NCBI GenBank assembly: GCA_012295275.1
Contig: CM022679.1
Coordinates: 1,922,001 to 1,986,000 of the forward strand
DNA: 64,000 bases
Direction of reading: 5' to 3'
Source of the DNA: Chrysomallon squamiferum
Lineage: Eukaryota; Animalia; Mollusca
Made by a program: the position numbers and the translations under genes. The notes beneath the pieces were generated by a model. That model had not been told where the DNA came from. It saw only the letters and a program-made list of their open reading frames with translations, and searched no databases. The stretch's first letter is position 1. Every line of letters begins with the position of its first letter. Of this stretch, positions 1 through 12,727 are shown in pieces.

Positions 1-94
1 TTTCTTATACTGTAATTAGTCTAAAATATTTTACATAGTAAAACATTATCTTGACAAAGCTGTTTTTTTATTTTTTTATTTCTATTTTTTTTTT

Positions 95-420
95 TTATTA
101 TTAATATTATTATTATTATTACTTTGTTTTAGTTGCTGTTGTATTTAAAATAAAATTTACTTTGAAAAGGAGAAAATGCTAACTTTGTCATTTCATCTAA
201 GAAGTATTTTAGGCATGAATCATGATTCAATTATATTTTTTTATTTTTTTATTTTTTTATTTTTATTTTTTTTTATTATTAATATTATTATTATTATTAC
301 TTTGTTTTAGTTGCTGTTGTATTTAAAATAAAATTTACTTTGAAAAGGAGAAAATGCTAACTTTGTCATTTCATCTAAGAAGTATTTTAGGCATGAATCA
401 TGATTGCATTATATTTTTTT
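95..420. repeat. Near-identical two-copy tandem duplication (~178 bp period) in a GPCR intron
   Basis: The segment actttgttt(t)tagttgctgttgtatttaaaataaaatttactttgaaaaggagaaaatgctaac...gcatgaatcatgatt occurs at ~121-227 and again at ~299-405. Confidence 0.9.
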
Positions 421-669
421 ATTTGTTTATTATTTTTTTTATTATAATTATATTTAATGTATGAGTTTATATATCAGCAGTTTGCCTCCTAGCAAAACTG
501 TTTATTGATTTTAATAATGGTTATACTGGAATATTTAATGGATTATTTTAATAGAAAATTGTAGTTCTTGAGATTAGTTTATTTAAAAAGGATCATAAAA
601 TCTACAGATCCAGAACAGATCAGATGTAAATTTTCCTTTATTTTTTTCTCCCTTTTTTATTTTTTGCAG

Positions 670-3600
670 GAAGTTACACTTGTAGGTGTAGAGATGGGTT
701 TGCCTTTTCTAACAGTTCCGTGAAACATGGACTGTGTCTTGATGTAGATGAATGCTCCAGCTCAAGCTGGAATAACTGTACCCAGGCTTGTGTTAACACT
801 GCAGGCAGCTACCTTTGTCACTGCTTTTCTGGCTTCATACAGACATCCAGAGGGCAGTGTGAAGGTAACTGACTACTAGTAGATAATTAATACTATAATC
901 AGTCTGTAGCTGTTATTTATTTCAAATATATAGGAATTTGATATTGCTGAATGCAGATTATTTTGTTTGTCTGCTATTGTAATCAACATTACTATTCATG
1001 TTTAGTTTATCCATTGTGTTGTGTAGAAGCAGAATGTGAGTTTGTGTTGATTGTGTACTATTTCTACTTGTCGTTATGACTTCTAAGATTAAAACATTCT
1101 GTTTTTGTATGTTTTTAACATGAATGGTGATATTTTTTTGTAATCTTTCTGAAGATTTCATTCTTCTTAAGAATTCCAGGCATAACAAATTATTTTTCTC
1201 TTCATGGTTTCAGCTGAGGTGTTTAAACATCTGATTGCAACTTTGTATTTAACAACATTTAGATGGAAGGAGTCATTAGCTGTTGTGAATTCTACAGATT
1301 ATAAACAAATGTCAGCTTACATTGCTAAGCAGGTAATAGTGAACTAGGTTTTATCACTGAACAGATACAAACAGTGAACTAAATTTGATCACTATAATTA
1401 TGAGCAGTTCTAAATATTTTATCTTAGGAATAATTTCCTTTTTATTTTTTTCACTTTTAACTGAGTATTGGTTATTTTATAATTTTGTTTCCAATTAAAT
1501 TCATATATTTTATTAACAGATGATTATTCAATTCTCAGATGATGTTTAATAATGGTGTTTATCTGTTTTAACACATTTCTAGGTGAAATTGGAATTTACT
1601 GGTTGGGAAGGTGTGAAATCTGTGGATGTTTTTCGTCTTAGGTTTGTAGCACAAAAATTAACAGCATCAAAATTTGAGATAACAGATTCATTTTACAGTT
1701 TGTGGTGAATGAATATCAATAACCCATACACAGTGAAATCAACACTTGTCTCAGGAGCTATGGACTGTAAGACTAGTTATTTTCAGCTGTTTCACATTCC
1801 AGCCAGTGCTCTGTAACAAGCTCAAAAACTTTTGGTATGAGCTTTCCTGTGTGTGATACTAGCATAATCACTTTATGATTATCAGTGGCAAGTACTTCTA
1901 TTACATGTTTTGACAATATCTTACATCCATTACTGACATCACTAAATATCCATTACTGACACCCAGTATCCATTTAGTGACAATACTTGATGTATCCATT
2001 CCATCAGATATCCATTATTTTTTGAATAATACATTCATTACTAAATCACTTTTCATTGTTTTTATCACAAATTTGGACTTGTTTTGAAATGTAATAGTTT
2101 GGTGTGTATTAACTCACAGGAATGGTGGCACTGTTGCAGATGTGAAGGTTTCGATGAACCAGCTTGTGAATGAGCAAACAGTCTACCTGAGTTTGCTGAA
2201 CAGAGTGAGAGGGGGAAGAATTGGCAACATAACCATTGACACTAACAAATCTGTGGTTATACAGGATGGTAGGAATGTCTCGAATTCTGCAGTTAAATAA
2301 CTATCCTTAGTTACTAAGTTAAATAATATCCATTTATTTTCTTAGACCTTCATTATATTGATAACTAGAAATGTATTCCGAGATTGTAGCAAACGACCTT
2401 GTGTCTGTATAGACTTTTTTAAACAGTTTATTATGTTATGTTAATCATATGAAGGCTAATTTTAATATCTTTTTCATAAAAATACCAGATTTGCAAAAGA
2501 ATCTTTTTTTTTTTCTTTTTTTTTAAATAGTATTTTCCCTGATGATGATAATATAAATCCTGCAGGTATCATTATTCACATAGGTGGACAAATTCCTTAG
2601 TAGTTTTCTGTATCTAAAAAAATTAATGCATTAATTTATATCCTCCAAAATATATATGTAATTAATATGTAGATCACAAAGTGGAGATGGTTTACATAAC
2701 ACCTGAATACATTTCTGTGTGGGAAGAACAACAGACAGAATTCATGTGCACACTGACAGGAATGTTTCCAGTGGAACAAGCGAATCTCAGCATCACTTGG
2801 AAACTGAACAAGTACAGAGTGATATCTCTCAAACACTCCAGACTCCAGACTTCAGTCTCTAAAAACTTGCACCAGTGGGAAAGTACACTGCAGTTTAGAT
2901 ACACACGACCTAAAGATTCGGGTAAGTCAAATGTTTGAATTTCACCTTGTGAACTAAAGATTCAGGTAAGTCAAATGATTGATTTTATATTTGAAAACTA
3001 AAAACTCAGGTAAGCAAAATGATTGAATTTTCACCTTAGAAATAAAGTTACAAATGTCTGTGTAAACAAACGTGTATTAATGATAGAGATAGTTTAAATG
3101 TTTTTATTTAGTCATAATTGAACTACAGTAACTAGAAATAAATACAGTTAAATATTTGAAGTTAGTAACAAACGAAAGATGTACAGAAGTTAAACAAGAT
3201 GCAATGATTTTTGGGTTTTTTTAAAAATTTTATATATATAAACATGTTTTATATTTTCATGTACCAAAAGAAACAAGTAGTAAACTGGATGTTGTTACTG
3301 ACTTTCAGGGAAAGTGCTCTGTGCTGTTTACTCTGGTGGTAAGACATATCGAGCCTCAGCCAGACTGAAAGTAGCTGTAAAACCAAAAGTGAACCTTATC
3401 CCACACCTGCTCATTGTGCAGATGTACGAAAAAGCTGTTTTGTTTTGTAACATCATCAACATGAGAAAAGAGATCAAAATTAAAGTCACTTGGTGCAAGG
3501 ACAGAGTTCTGATGACAAAACTGACAGTCTCTCCTGGTAAGTTTCTCAAAAATTGAGATTTGTAATCCAGTTTTAATTGTTTGTGTGTGCAATACCCATC

Positions 3601-6582
3601 TAGAGTTTGTTTCCTTTTAAATGATAGTGTTATCTACATCATTTAGTAATCTTTTTTTTTCAGTCCTTTAAGAAGGTATCAGAATGAGCTTCTTTTATTT
3701 ATTTTACTTTTGTAGTTCTTGTTTTGAAAGCAGTTTATAAATTCAGTTTTTATTTTCTGTTTTTTTCTTTCTCATTTTAGGTGGAATTCTTTGTTTCTTT
3801 TAATAATTAATTGCAAACTGAAGAATAGTTATTTGTTATTTCTGTGAATTTAATCAACACATCACTTGCATTATGGAATAAACATTTGACTTTTTTTTAT
3901 ATTTTCTTTTAATATATTCTTTTTCTTTTCTTTACACTGTAATGTCTTGGATACTGGGGAATTTTCCTGTTTTTATTTTTACAGAAACAGAACAAATAAA
4001 ACATTTCCCAGACCATGAAGAACTTCATCTGATGTCAGTAACAAGCAGCCATTTTTATTCTTGTGGTCTTGAAAACTTCACAGATCCTTGTGCAGTGACA
4101 GTGAAGGTGGAGGTTACTGAAAGAGGTTTCTGTCTTATTAAAAATATGTTTCAAGCTCAAATAGCAAAACAAATTTCTTTTCAGTATTAAATGAAATAAA
4201 CAAAAGAAAAGTTAATTTGCATGTCTTTGGACTGAAAAACCACAAGATCAATTTTCATTGCATCCTTTCTTACACAAAGCTGTTAAATCAAATTGTTTGT
4301 GTGTTTGAAAACCTGTGTAAAACATCCTTGGCTGGTATAATCATCTGTAAAATGGCTGCAGAGGCTTTCTTGTAAATAGCAACATTGCTGGCTTTTGCTT
4401 TGGTTTAAGACAGGCTTCTTTTCCTTCTTGTTTTCCCCAGAAATTATCCCTTGTCAGACAGACACTGATTTGAAAGGAAAAGTCTGGTATGAAACTCCTA
4501 TAGGAGAAACTGCTATTTCTCCATGCCCTCCAGGAAGTAAAGGTTTGTGTCTGTCAGTGTCTGTGTCTCTGTATCTGTATGCTTACATGTGTGTGTGTTT
4601 TTATTGTATAATTTTATAGCACTATAATCATGTTTACAGTCAAAATTCTCAAATAACTATTTCAAAATTAGTAATACTACTATTAATTTTACATTATAAA
4701 ATAACTTTTTAAAATGTATTTTGGGGGTTTAGTAAATATTTTTATATGTAAAACAGAATGATTATTATTAAATTGTTTTTATATATGTACAAAAGTAATT
4801 GAAAAAATCTCACAGCAAACAGTTGTTTCTTTAAGTTATAAAAGTTATGGTAATTATTGTTTTCTTATGGTGTTAATTTGTTTCTTTGTTTATTTTATAA
4901 ACGTGATTATTATTGTTTCAGGTTTTATAACAAGGACATGTCTTGAAGGTCCAAGAAGTGTAGGTATGTGGAAGCATCCTGACTACAGACAATGTGTGAA
5001 GGAAACCTTTATCAAGCTGTCAGAAAAGGTACAATGCTATTTTCTGTGAATTCTTATCTAAGTGAGAATCTGATTTGTCTTTTCCACTACTTGCAATTAT
5101 TCTGCATTTATATGAAACCTTGTTTGTGAAAAGTACAACTACAAAAATCATACATGCTGTTTCAATATAATACATACATGATAATAATTACATGAAACAG
5201 TTAAACTTTTGGCTGAATTTTATCCTACTAAGATATTTTGTTACACACATTGTAGATTCAAGATTTAAAGGATGGTTTGGATGTAGAAAGTATGACACAG
5301 ATTTTGGAAGAGTTCTCCAATGTAACGACATCCCTGGAGGAAGAGGCCCACGTAGGAGATATTTTAACAAGTTCTCTCATGTTGGCTGACATCAGTGAAA
5401 TTACTAGTGAGAGGACAGAGGACATCACAGAACACCAGTCAGAGGTCAGCAACATTTAAAATGTTCTGTAGAACACTTTTTATAATCTTCAACATTTAGT
5501 AAATTTTCAACCAGTCAGACATTGTCAAGTTTTAAAAAAAAATGTACATAAAGTGATTTGTTATCATTCATTTTGTTAAAAACATTTAAAGTGTGAACAA
5601 ACTGCACTTTCTTCACAGCAATCAGTACTAACACTGTTAAGTTTTGAAAATCTACAGAAAGTGATCTAACTTAATTAATCTTTTTCTCTTTTTTTTTTTT
5701 TTTTGTGAAAGCATACAAAACATTAAAATATATATTTAGTTATTTATATTACACAACTTAAAATAAAATTCTGAACATATTTATTTCTATTTTCTTTCCC
5801 ATCCAAGTTTTAATATCGTAGAGCTGGCTATAGACATTCTCTGATGAAAGTGTGCCAAAGGTTTTTTTATTTATACCCAGAGTTTTTGACTTTGACCATT
5901 TTAGTTTCAGAAAACATCCATAAATAATGTTTACAATAAACAGATTAACACTTAAAATTGATTAGGAAAACAATAATTTAAACTGACAGATAATAAAGAC
6001 AAGAGAGCACTTGTGTTGTATGTTTATTTAAAAAATGTAATATCTTTTAATATTGTTATTATTTATTATTTTAAATATTATCAGCATTTATTTGTATATG
6101 TCCAAAGTTTATGAAATTATTTAATTTTTGTTCTGTCATTATTTTCATTGTGTTACAGCTGTTTGTGGATGTTGTGGACAAGATTTTGGATGAACAGACA
6201 ACAGACAGTTGGAAGGAATTGTATGAAGAGGTAAACTACAAACCAACAACGACAAATTTAAAAAATAAAAAACAACACCAGAAAAGACAGAAAGAAAAAG
6301 AAAATCTTCACAACTTTTATTATAAGCAAACAATTAGCTATTGTAGTTAAAAATGTAAATCTAAATTACATTAAACCAGAGTGTAAGACAACTTGGCCAT
6401 AATGATTTTAATTTCATAAGACAGTTGTGAAATCAATGCATGAAAATCAGTTTTCTTTTCATACACTGAATATTTCAGTTTAGTTTGTGAAATAATTTCT
6501 CACTTTAATAAATAGAAACTGCAATAGTAAAATTGTAATTGCCAAAAAAGAATAAGAAAAAAAAAGAAAAAATTGTAAAAAT

Positions 6583-6625
<43 letters not shown>

Positions 6626-9600
6626 ATACGTATGTTCTGACTGGAAGTTTTGTATATTTCAGACAGGAGAGAGTGCCTCTGTTGTGATGAGTTCATTGTC
6701 TACTTTCAGTAAAACTCTCATCAGAACTTTACCCGTTAACAAATCTCTCCTCATAGAAAAACAAAACCTTGGTAAGTTTAGTTTACTCAGTTTCTTCCTA
6801 ATTCAAAAGCAAAGTGTGCAAAGTCAGTGGAATGGTTGACAGTTGTTTATTTATTTAATAATTATAAATTTTGTTTCCTTGTTGTTTTTTAATAATAAAA
6901 ACTGACCAAACAGCCTTCAGATTACTGTATATAATAGTCACAATTGAAATAATGCCTATTGGTTATAAATAATCCAGTTCAGACTTTTAGCAGGATTGTT
7001 ATGAAATACATTTATTTTTGTTACATTTTCTGTAATTTATTAAAATGGATTGTAGATGAAAAGCATTCATGTAATTTCTAATGAGGATTTATTATTATTA
7101 TTTTTTTTTTCAATACAAGTAATGAAAGCAAGCAAGGAGTTTATTAATGCCATTACATTCCCAGAAATAACAACCACATTCCTACACATCCCTAAAGCTG
7201 CCCTGGTGAAACAGTTTGAAGGTTTGTTAACAGCTTTAAGTAAATAAATCAACATAGCATGTAACAGATTTAAGTAAATAAATCAACATAGCATGTAACA
7301 GATTTAAGTAAATAAATCAACATAGCATGTAACAGATTTAAGTAAATAAATCAACATAGCATGTAACAGATGTTATCTTGTTAGTTGACAGCTTTAAGTA
7401 AATAAATCAACATAGCATGTAACAAATGTTATCTTGAAGTCCATTAATTGAAAGTGCTGGATAAATCTTCCTCGCATTCATTTTTTAACAGTTCCCTGCT
7501 TATGTTATTTTTCTGTTTTATATAAGTTATCTATAGTGTTAAATGTAACAACTTCTCTCTTTTTCTTTCCTTTTTTTCTTTCTGTATATTGAAGTTTAAA
7601 TTTCTTTTTTTCCAGATGACATTGTGGAGTACTCCAGTGTTTTATACAAGTCACTTGCCAGCATTCTGCCTAATGCAGCAGTGAACAACACGTATGTTCT
7701 GTCTCATTACAAACTACTTAAATCCTGCTTTAAATTCCTCAAAGACAATATGATGATGAACATTACAAATTCATTGAAAGTAATTTTTCATAATTGTCAT
7801 TACCAAACTGTTTGTCAGGTTCAAACATTAATTTTTCATATTTTTATTAAGAAATTTATATTATTTAAATTTGGAAAGGAAATCTTGTATATTTAAGATT
7901 TTGCATGTGCAAAACTTCTTCTGGAAAATGTATGTAAAAAGTTCCATACTGCAGACAGAAAAAAATTGTGTTTCTTCTGCTTACTATGTATTGCAATTAT
8001 GAACTGATGAGAAAAAACAAAACAAAAAAAAAATATATATATATATATATATCATTGATATAAAGAAATGTCTGACATCCAAAAGACTACTGTAGAAAAT
8101 TAATATTGTATGATGATCTGGTTAAACGAAGGTCTGACATCCTTTTTCCTGTGATTAAAAACAAAAAAACAACATGCATATCATCTGTGTTGTTCAAAAT
8201 GTAACAAATAGAAACAGTATAAAATGGTAATTTCTGTATTAAATTTATTACTGTTACAATTAATTTTCAGAAACGTAGGCACTGAAATCAACACACAGGT
8301 GTTGACAATAGATTTTCCATCAAAAGCTCAGATTACCCTGGATCCTCCAGTAGAATTCACATTTGAACATATTGTAGTAAGTATTTTAACTGTTCATACA
8401 ATAAAATTTACATTTCAACATACTATAGTAAGTATCTTAACTATTTATACAGTAAAATTTACATTTAAACATATTGTAGTATTTTAACTATTCATGCAAT
8501 AAAATTTACATTTCAGCTTTTCGAACTGTTATCTGTTGAAAGAGACATAAATGTAACTTACTGAGAGAAAACATTCAAAGGATCATAATTAAACCCTCCA
8601 CCAATGTTTTATTTTATTTTTAATAAAACATTTCTCCAAAAGTACACTATTCCACCTGTTTTCAGTCTAATTCAATCTGGTTCAGATGAGATAATAATAA
8701 ACATGCACAAAATATTTATTAAAACTAATTACATGACATTGTGTACATAATTTCTTAAAACAGTAAATGTTTTCTTCATCCAATGTGATCTCTTAGACTT
8801 GATAAATTCTTTACTTCTTTAAAATAAAGGATTTAATATATTTGTGTTCACAGACAAACTTGAGTAATCCAGTCTGCAGTTACTGGGTGTTTGAAAACAA
8901 GTAAGTAATGAAATTACATGAACAGTAAATTAATTCTCTTTCTCAGTGGATGGTCTTTTAGACCACATCACCATCCTGACTCAACTATCCTGACTCAACA
9001 ACTATCCTGACTTCACTATCCTGACTCCACTCTCCCTACTTCTGTATCAGATTTCTCACCTTCCTGGAAAAATCCATTTTCCATTCTTTGATTGCTTCTT
9101 CTTCATTATTATCCTTTTATTCTTTCTCTTTTTATGTAGACATTGGTCTTTCATCTTCTATTTTTTATTAAACCAGTTCAAAATTTCGAGGAGGTTGGTC
9201 ATTTGAAGGATGTTGGACTGTGTTTCAAAACAAGTCATTCACTGGCTGTGCCTGTGACCATCTTACTAACTTTGCTGTTCTCATGAGTCCATCAGTTACG
9301 GTATGTGTAAACAAACTGTAGAATTACACAGTAGCAAATACAAAAACAAGTCTTAGGTCTCTGATCTGTTAGTCTATGGTAGAGGTGTCAGGTGAGAAAT
9401 AGTAGATTCTGAGATCATTCTTCAGATACATAATAGAGTGATTTCTGTATCATTCTAACCATGCCTACAGAAAATCAGAAAATAAATATGGGAAATAACT
9501 GTGTTTGTGAGCTTTTTGTTTTATTATTATTATTATCATCATTATCTTTTTTCTTTCTTGTTTTCAAGATAACTTGGTTAATAAAGTTCAGTATTCATTA

Positions 9601-12111
9601 TTAAGATTAAAATTTATAATAAAAAAAAAAATGAAAAATGAAATTGATGCACAAAAATGACCAATACTACAATATATTTTTAGACGTTAATAATTAGTTC
9701 ATAATATTAACTGTCCAGTAACTTTTTGTCAAGTGTTAGAAATTTCTAAGTGTTGAATTACAGTTCATGAATATATGTCTGTTATTTTCCAGTCTGAGTT
9801 TCACACGAAGGTGCTAGGAATCATCTCAATAGTTGGAATGGCTATTTCACTGCTCTGCACTTTGGCTACCATTGTTGTCTTCTTCCTCTTGTGGCGGTAA
9901 GTTTATAGAATTTTTTAAACATAGTCACATCTTTGTTACATAATTTAGTTAATAACTGTTACATTTCTTTTCATTAATATTTTTGGGTTGTTGTTCATTT
10001 ATCTTATTATATTATTTTTTTTTTTTTTTTTTTTTTTTTTTGGAAAACATTTATAAAAATTATGGAACAGAATTACAGTTCAAAAGGAAAATTAATTTTA
10101 CAAGATCTTTTTCCCTTTTATTTATAATTCATTGTTAATTGTATTACTTGTCATTTTATGTTTGTTAGCCATGAATGAGTTTACAATATTACCTTCACTT
10201 ACAGATTTTTATGTTAATTTTTAATAATCACATAACATCTGTTACAGCCATATCAAGTCTGACAAGAATTGCATTTTGCTTCATCTGTGTGTTGCTCTCA
10301 CCATAGCCTATGTCATCTTTCTCATAGGCATTGATCAAACTCAGAACAAGGTGAGTTAATACCTACTTCATGTTTCTCATAGACATTTACCAAACTCAGA
10401 ACAAGGTGAGTTAATACCTACTTCATGTTTCTCATAGGCATTGACCAAACTCAGAACAAGGTGAGTTAATACCTATTTCATGTTTCTCATAGGCATTGAC
10501 CAAACTCAGAACAAGGTGAGTTCAAACCTACGTAATCTTTCTCATAGGTATTAACCAAACTTGAAACAAAGTGAGTTAATACCTACTTCATGTTTCTCAT
10601 AGGCATTGACCAAACTCAGAACAAGGTGAGTTAATACCTATTTCATGTTTCTCATAGGCATTGACCAAACTCAGAACAAGGTGAGTTCAAACCTACGTAA
10701 TCTTTCTCATAGGTATTAACCAAACTTGAAACAAAGTGAGTTAAAACCTATGTCATTTTTCTTATAGGTATTGACCAATCTCAGAACAGGATGAGTTAAA
10801 ACCTAATATTAGATTTGCAGTGTGTAGGGTTTTTTTTGTATTGTTTTTTTATATGTGATAATAATGTATTTTTATGTGTCTTATAATCATTTTATTATTA
10901 CTACAATTTTAATAAAAATCTTTAATATGGTTATTGATAAAGTAATAATAATAGTTAAGGAAATAAAAAAGTTATCTTGTATCTAAGATGTGTTCCTTCC
11001 AATGTAAATAATGTTTCATCAGATTAATAATTGGTTTCTCATATTGGATGTCTGTTATTAGCTACATTTATTTACTCATTTTATTTTATTTTATTTTATT
11101 TTTTTATTTTATTTTTTTCATTCCAGATTGCTTGTATATCAGTGGCATTGATGCTGCACTATTTTTTCCTGGTTGTTTTTTTCCTCATGTTGTCTGAAGC
11201 AATCAGTTTACTAATTTCAATAGTCTATGTTTTTGCTACATCATCAAAACTCAAGTACTTTCTTCCTCTTGGATGGGGTTTGTATCATTTTTTAAAGTTG
11301 TTATTGTTGATTTTTTTAAAGAAATATTTTCTTCTGCAATAGCAAATTGGTAGAACATTCATGTGAAATGTGATGGGTCATAGAATTTCAAAAATAATGT
11401 GAAAAGACAAGTGTTACTTAAGATGTTTTTTCACTGTATTGTTTGTTTTTGTTAACACACATTGTTTCACTAGTGATTCAGATGGTTTCTGGGACTAAGC
11501 AGAATCAACAGTCCTCATTGTGTGCCCATATGTGCCATTCTTTCATTTCAGTTAAATAGTTTTATAGCAAAATTTCAAACAAAATTTCAAATAATTATCA
11601 AATGTCCAGTTACAATGTGAAAGAAGAAAAAAGGACAACAGTTTCCTGCAACTGCCAAATGACTGTATCGTTAAAATTTGTTTTTAAAATGTGTATAAGT
11701 TACTGCGAGTTTAATTTGATTTTTGTTGTTTTGTTGTTGTGTGACAGTGACTGTCTGCTTTCAGGCGTGCCACTGGTAATAGTTGCAGTTTCTGGAGGAG
11801 TGACAAAACTGCGAGGATACGGCACAGAGAGACAGTGAGTGTCTCCAGAATTTACTTTAAAATCTTTTAAATCTTAATTACAGCCTTGTTGCCTTAGCAA
11901 TAAAAAAATTACATGATGTTCATTATGATTATTTCCATAACATAGATATAATGAATGGTTTAACAGTTTCTGTAAATTAAAATGTATATGAAAATATATA
12001 TTTTTTCAATTCAAGAATTTCAAACATTGCATAAATAAACAGTTAATTTTTCATTTTTTTTTTTTTTTTTGTTATTTTATTTATTAGTATTTTTAGATTC
12101 AGTTTGTTGGG

Positions 12112-12142
<31 letters not shown>

Positions 12143-12688
12143 CTGGTTCATTAGTTGATTTGTTGGGGGAGTATTTTTGTTGGTAATTTGGTAATTATTT
12201 GAAAGATATTCGTATAGTATTTATCAGTTATCACAGCTGATTTACAAATGAGTTTTATGTGTTAAGTGAATATTTGATGTAAAGAGGGTCAATGGATCTG
12301 TTTCAGCTGCTGGTTGACTACTCAAAGTGGTCTGCTTTATGCTTTTGTTGGACCTGCCCTGGGTGTTATTGTTGTAAATATTATAAAACATACATTTGAA
12401 TTAATTAATATCACCTGATTCTGCATGTTTTGCTACTGCCAGTCTAATCAACAAGTATTATGTTATTTTGTGTTAACTTCAGTCAAAGCACAAAGCACAA
12501 GACTTATAACCAGCAGTTTTATACACATTTCATAAAGTAACCTTCATTTTTATTTATATTTGTTAAACTGTGTGTGTGTCCTTATTTTGCACCTGCTAAT
12601 TAAATTAAATGTTAATAACTTTTAAATATTAATAGCTATCACATTATTATACCAAAAATACTTTTTCATAGTTCTAGTAGTAGTAGTA

Positions 12689-12727
<39 letters not shown>

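Noticed and set aside
95-420. 178-bp duplication as a functional element
   Set aside because: Intronic, not at a visible splice junction and bounded by T-rich slippage tracts. It is an ordinary recent duplication or an assembly artefact.
1720-1900. Possible degenerate SINE fragment (ttccagccagtgct...ggtatg..tcctgt) in a GPCR intron
   Set aside because: Based only on vague recall of a gastropod repeat. No Pol III A/B boxes or convincing second copy could be shown here; it needs a repeat-library search.
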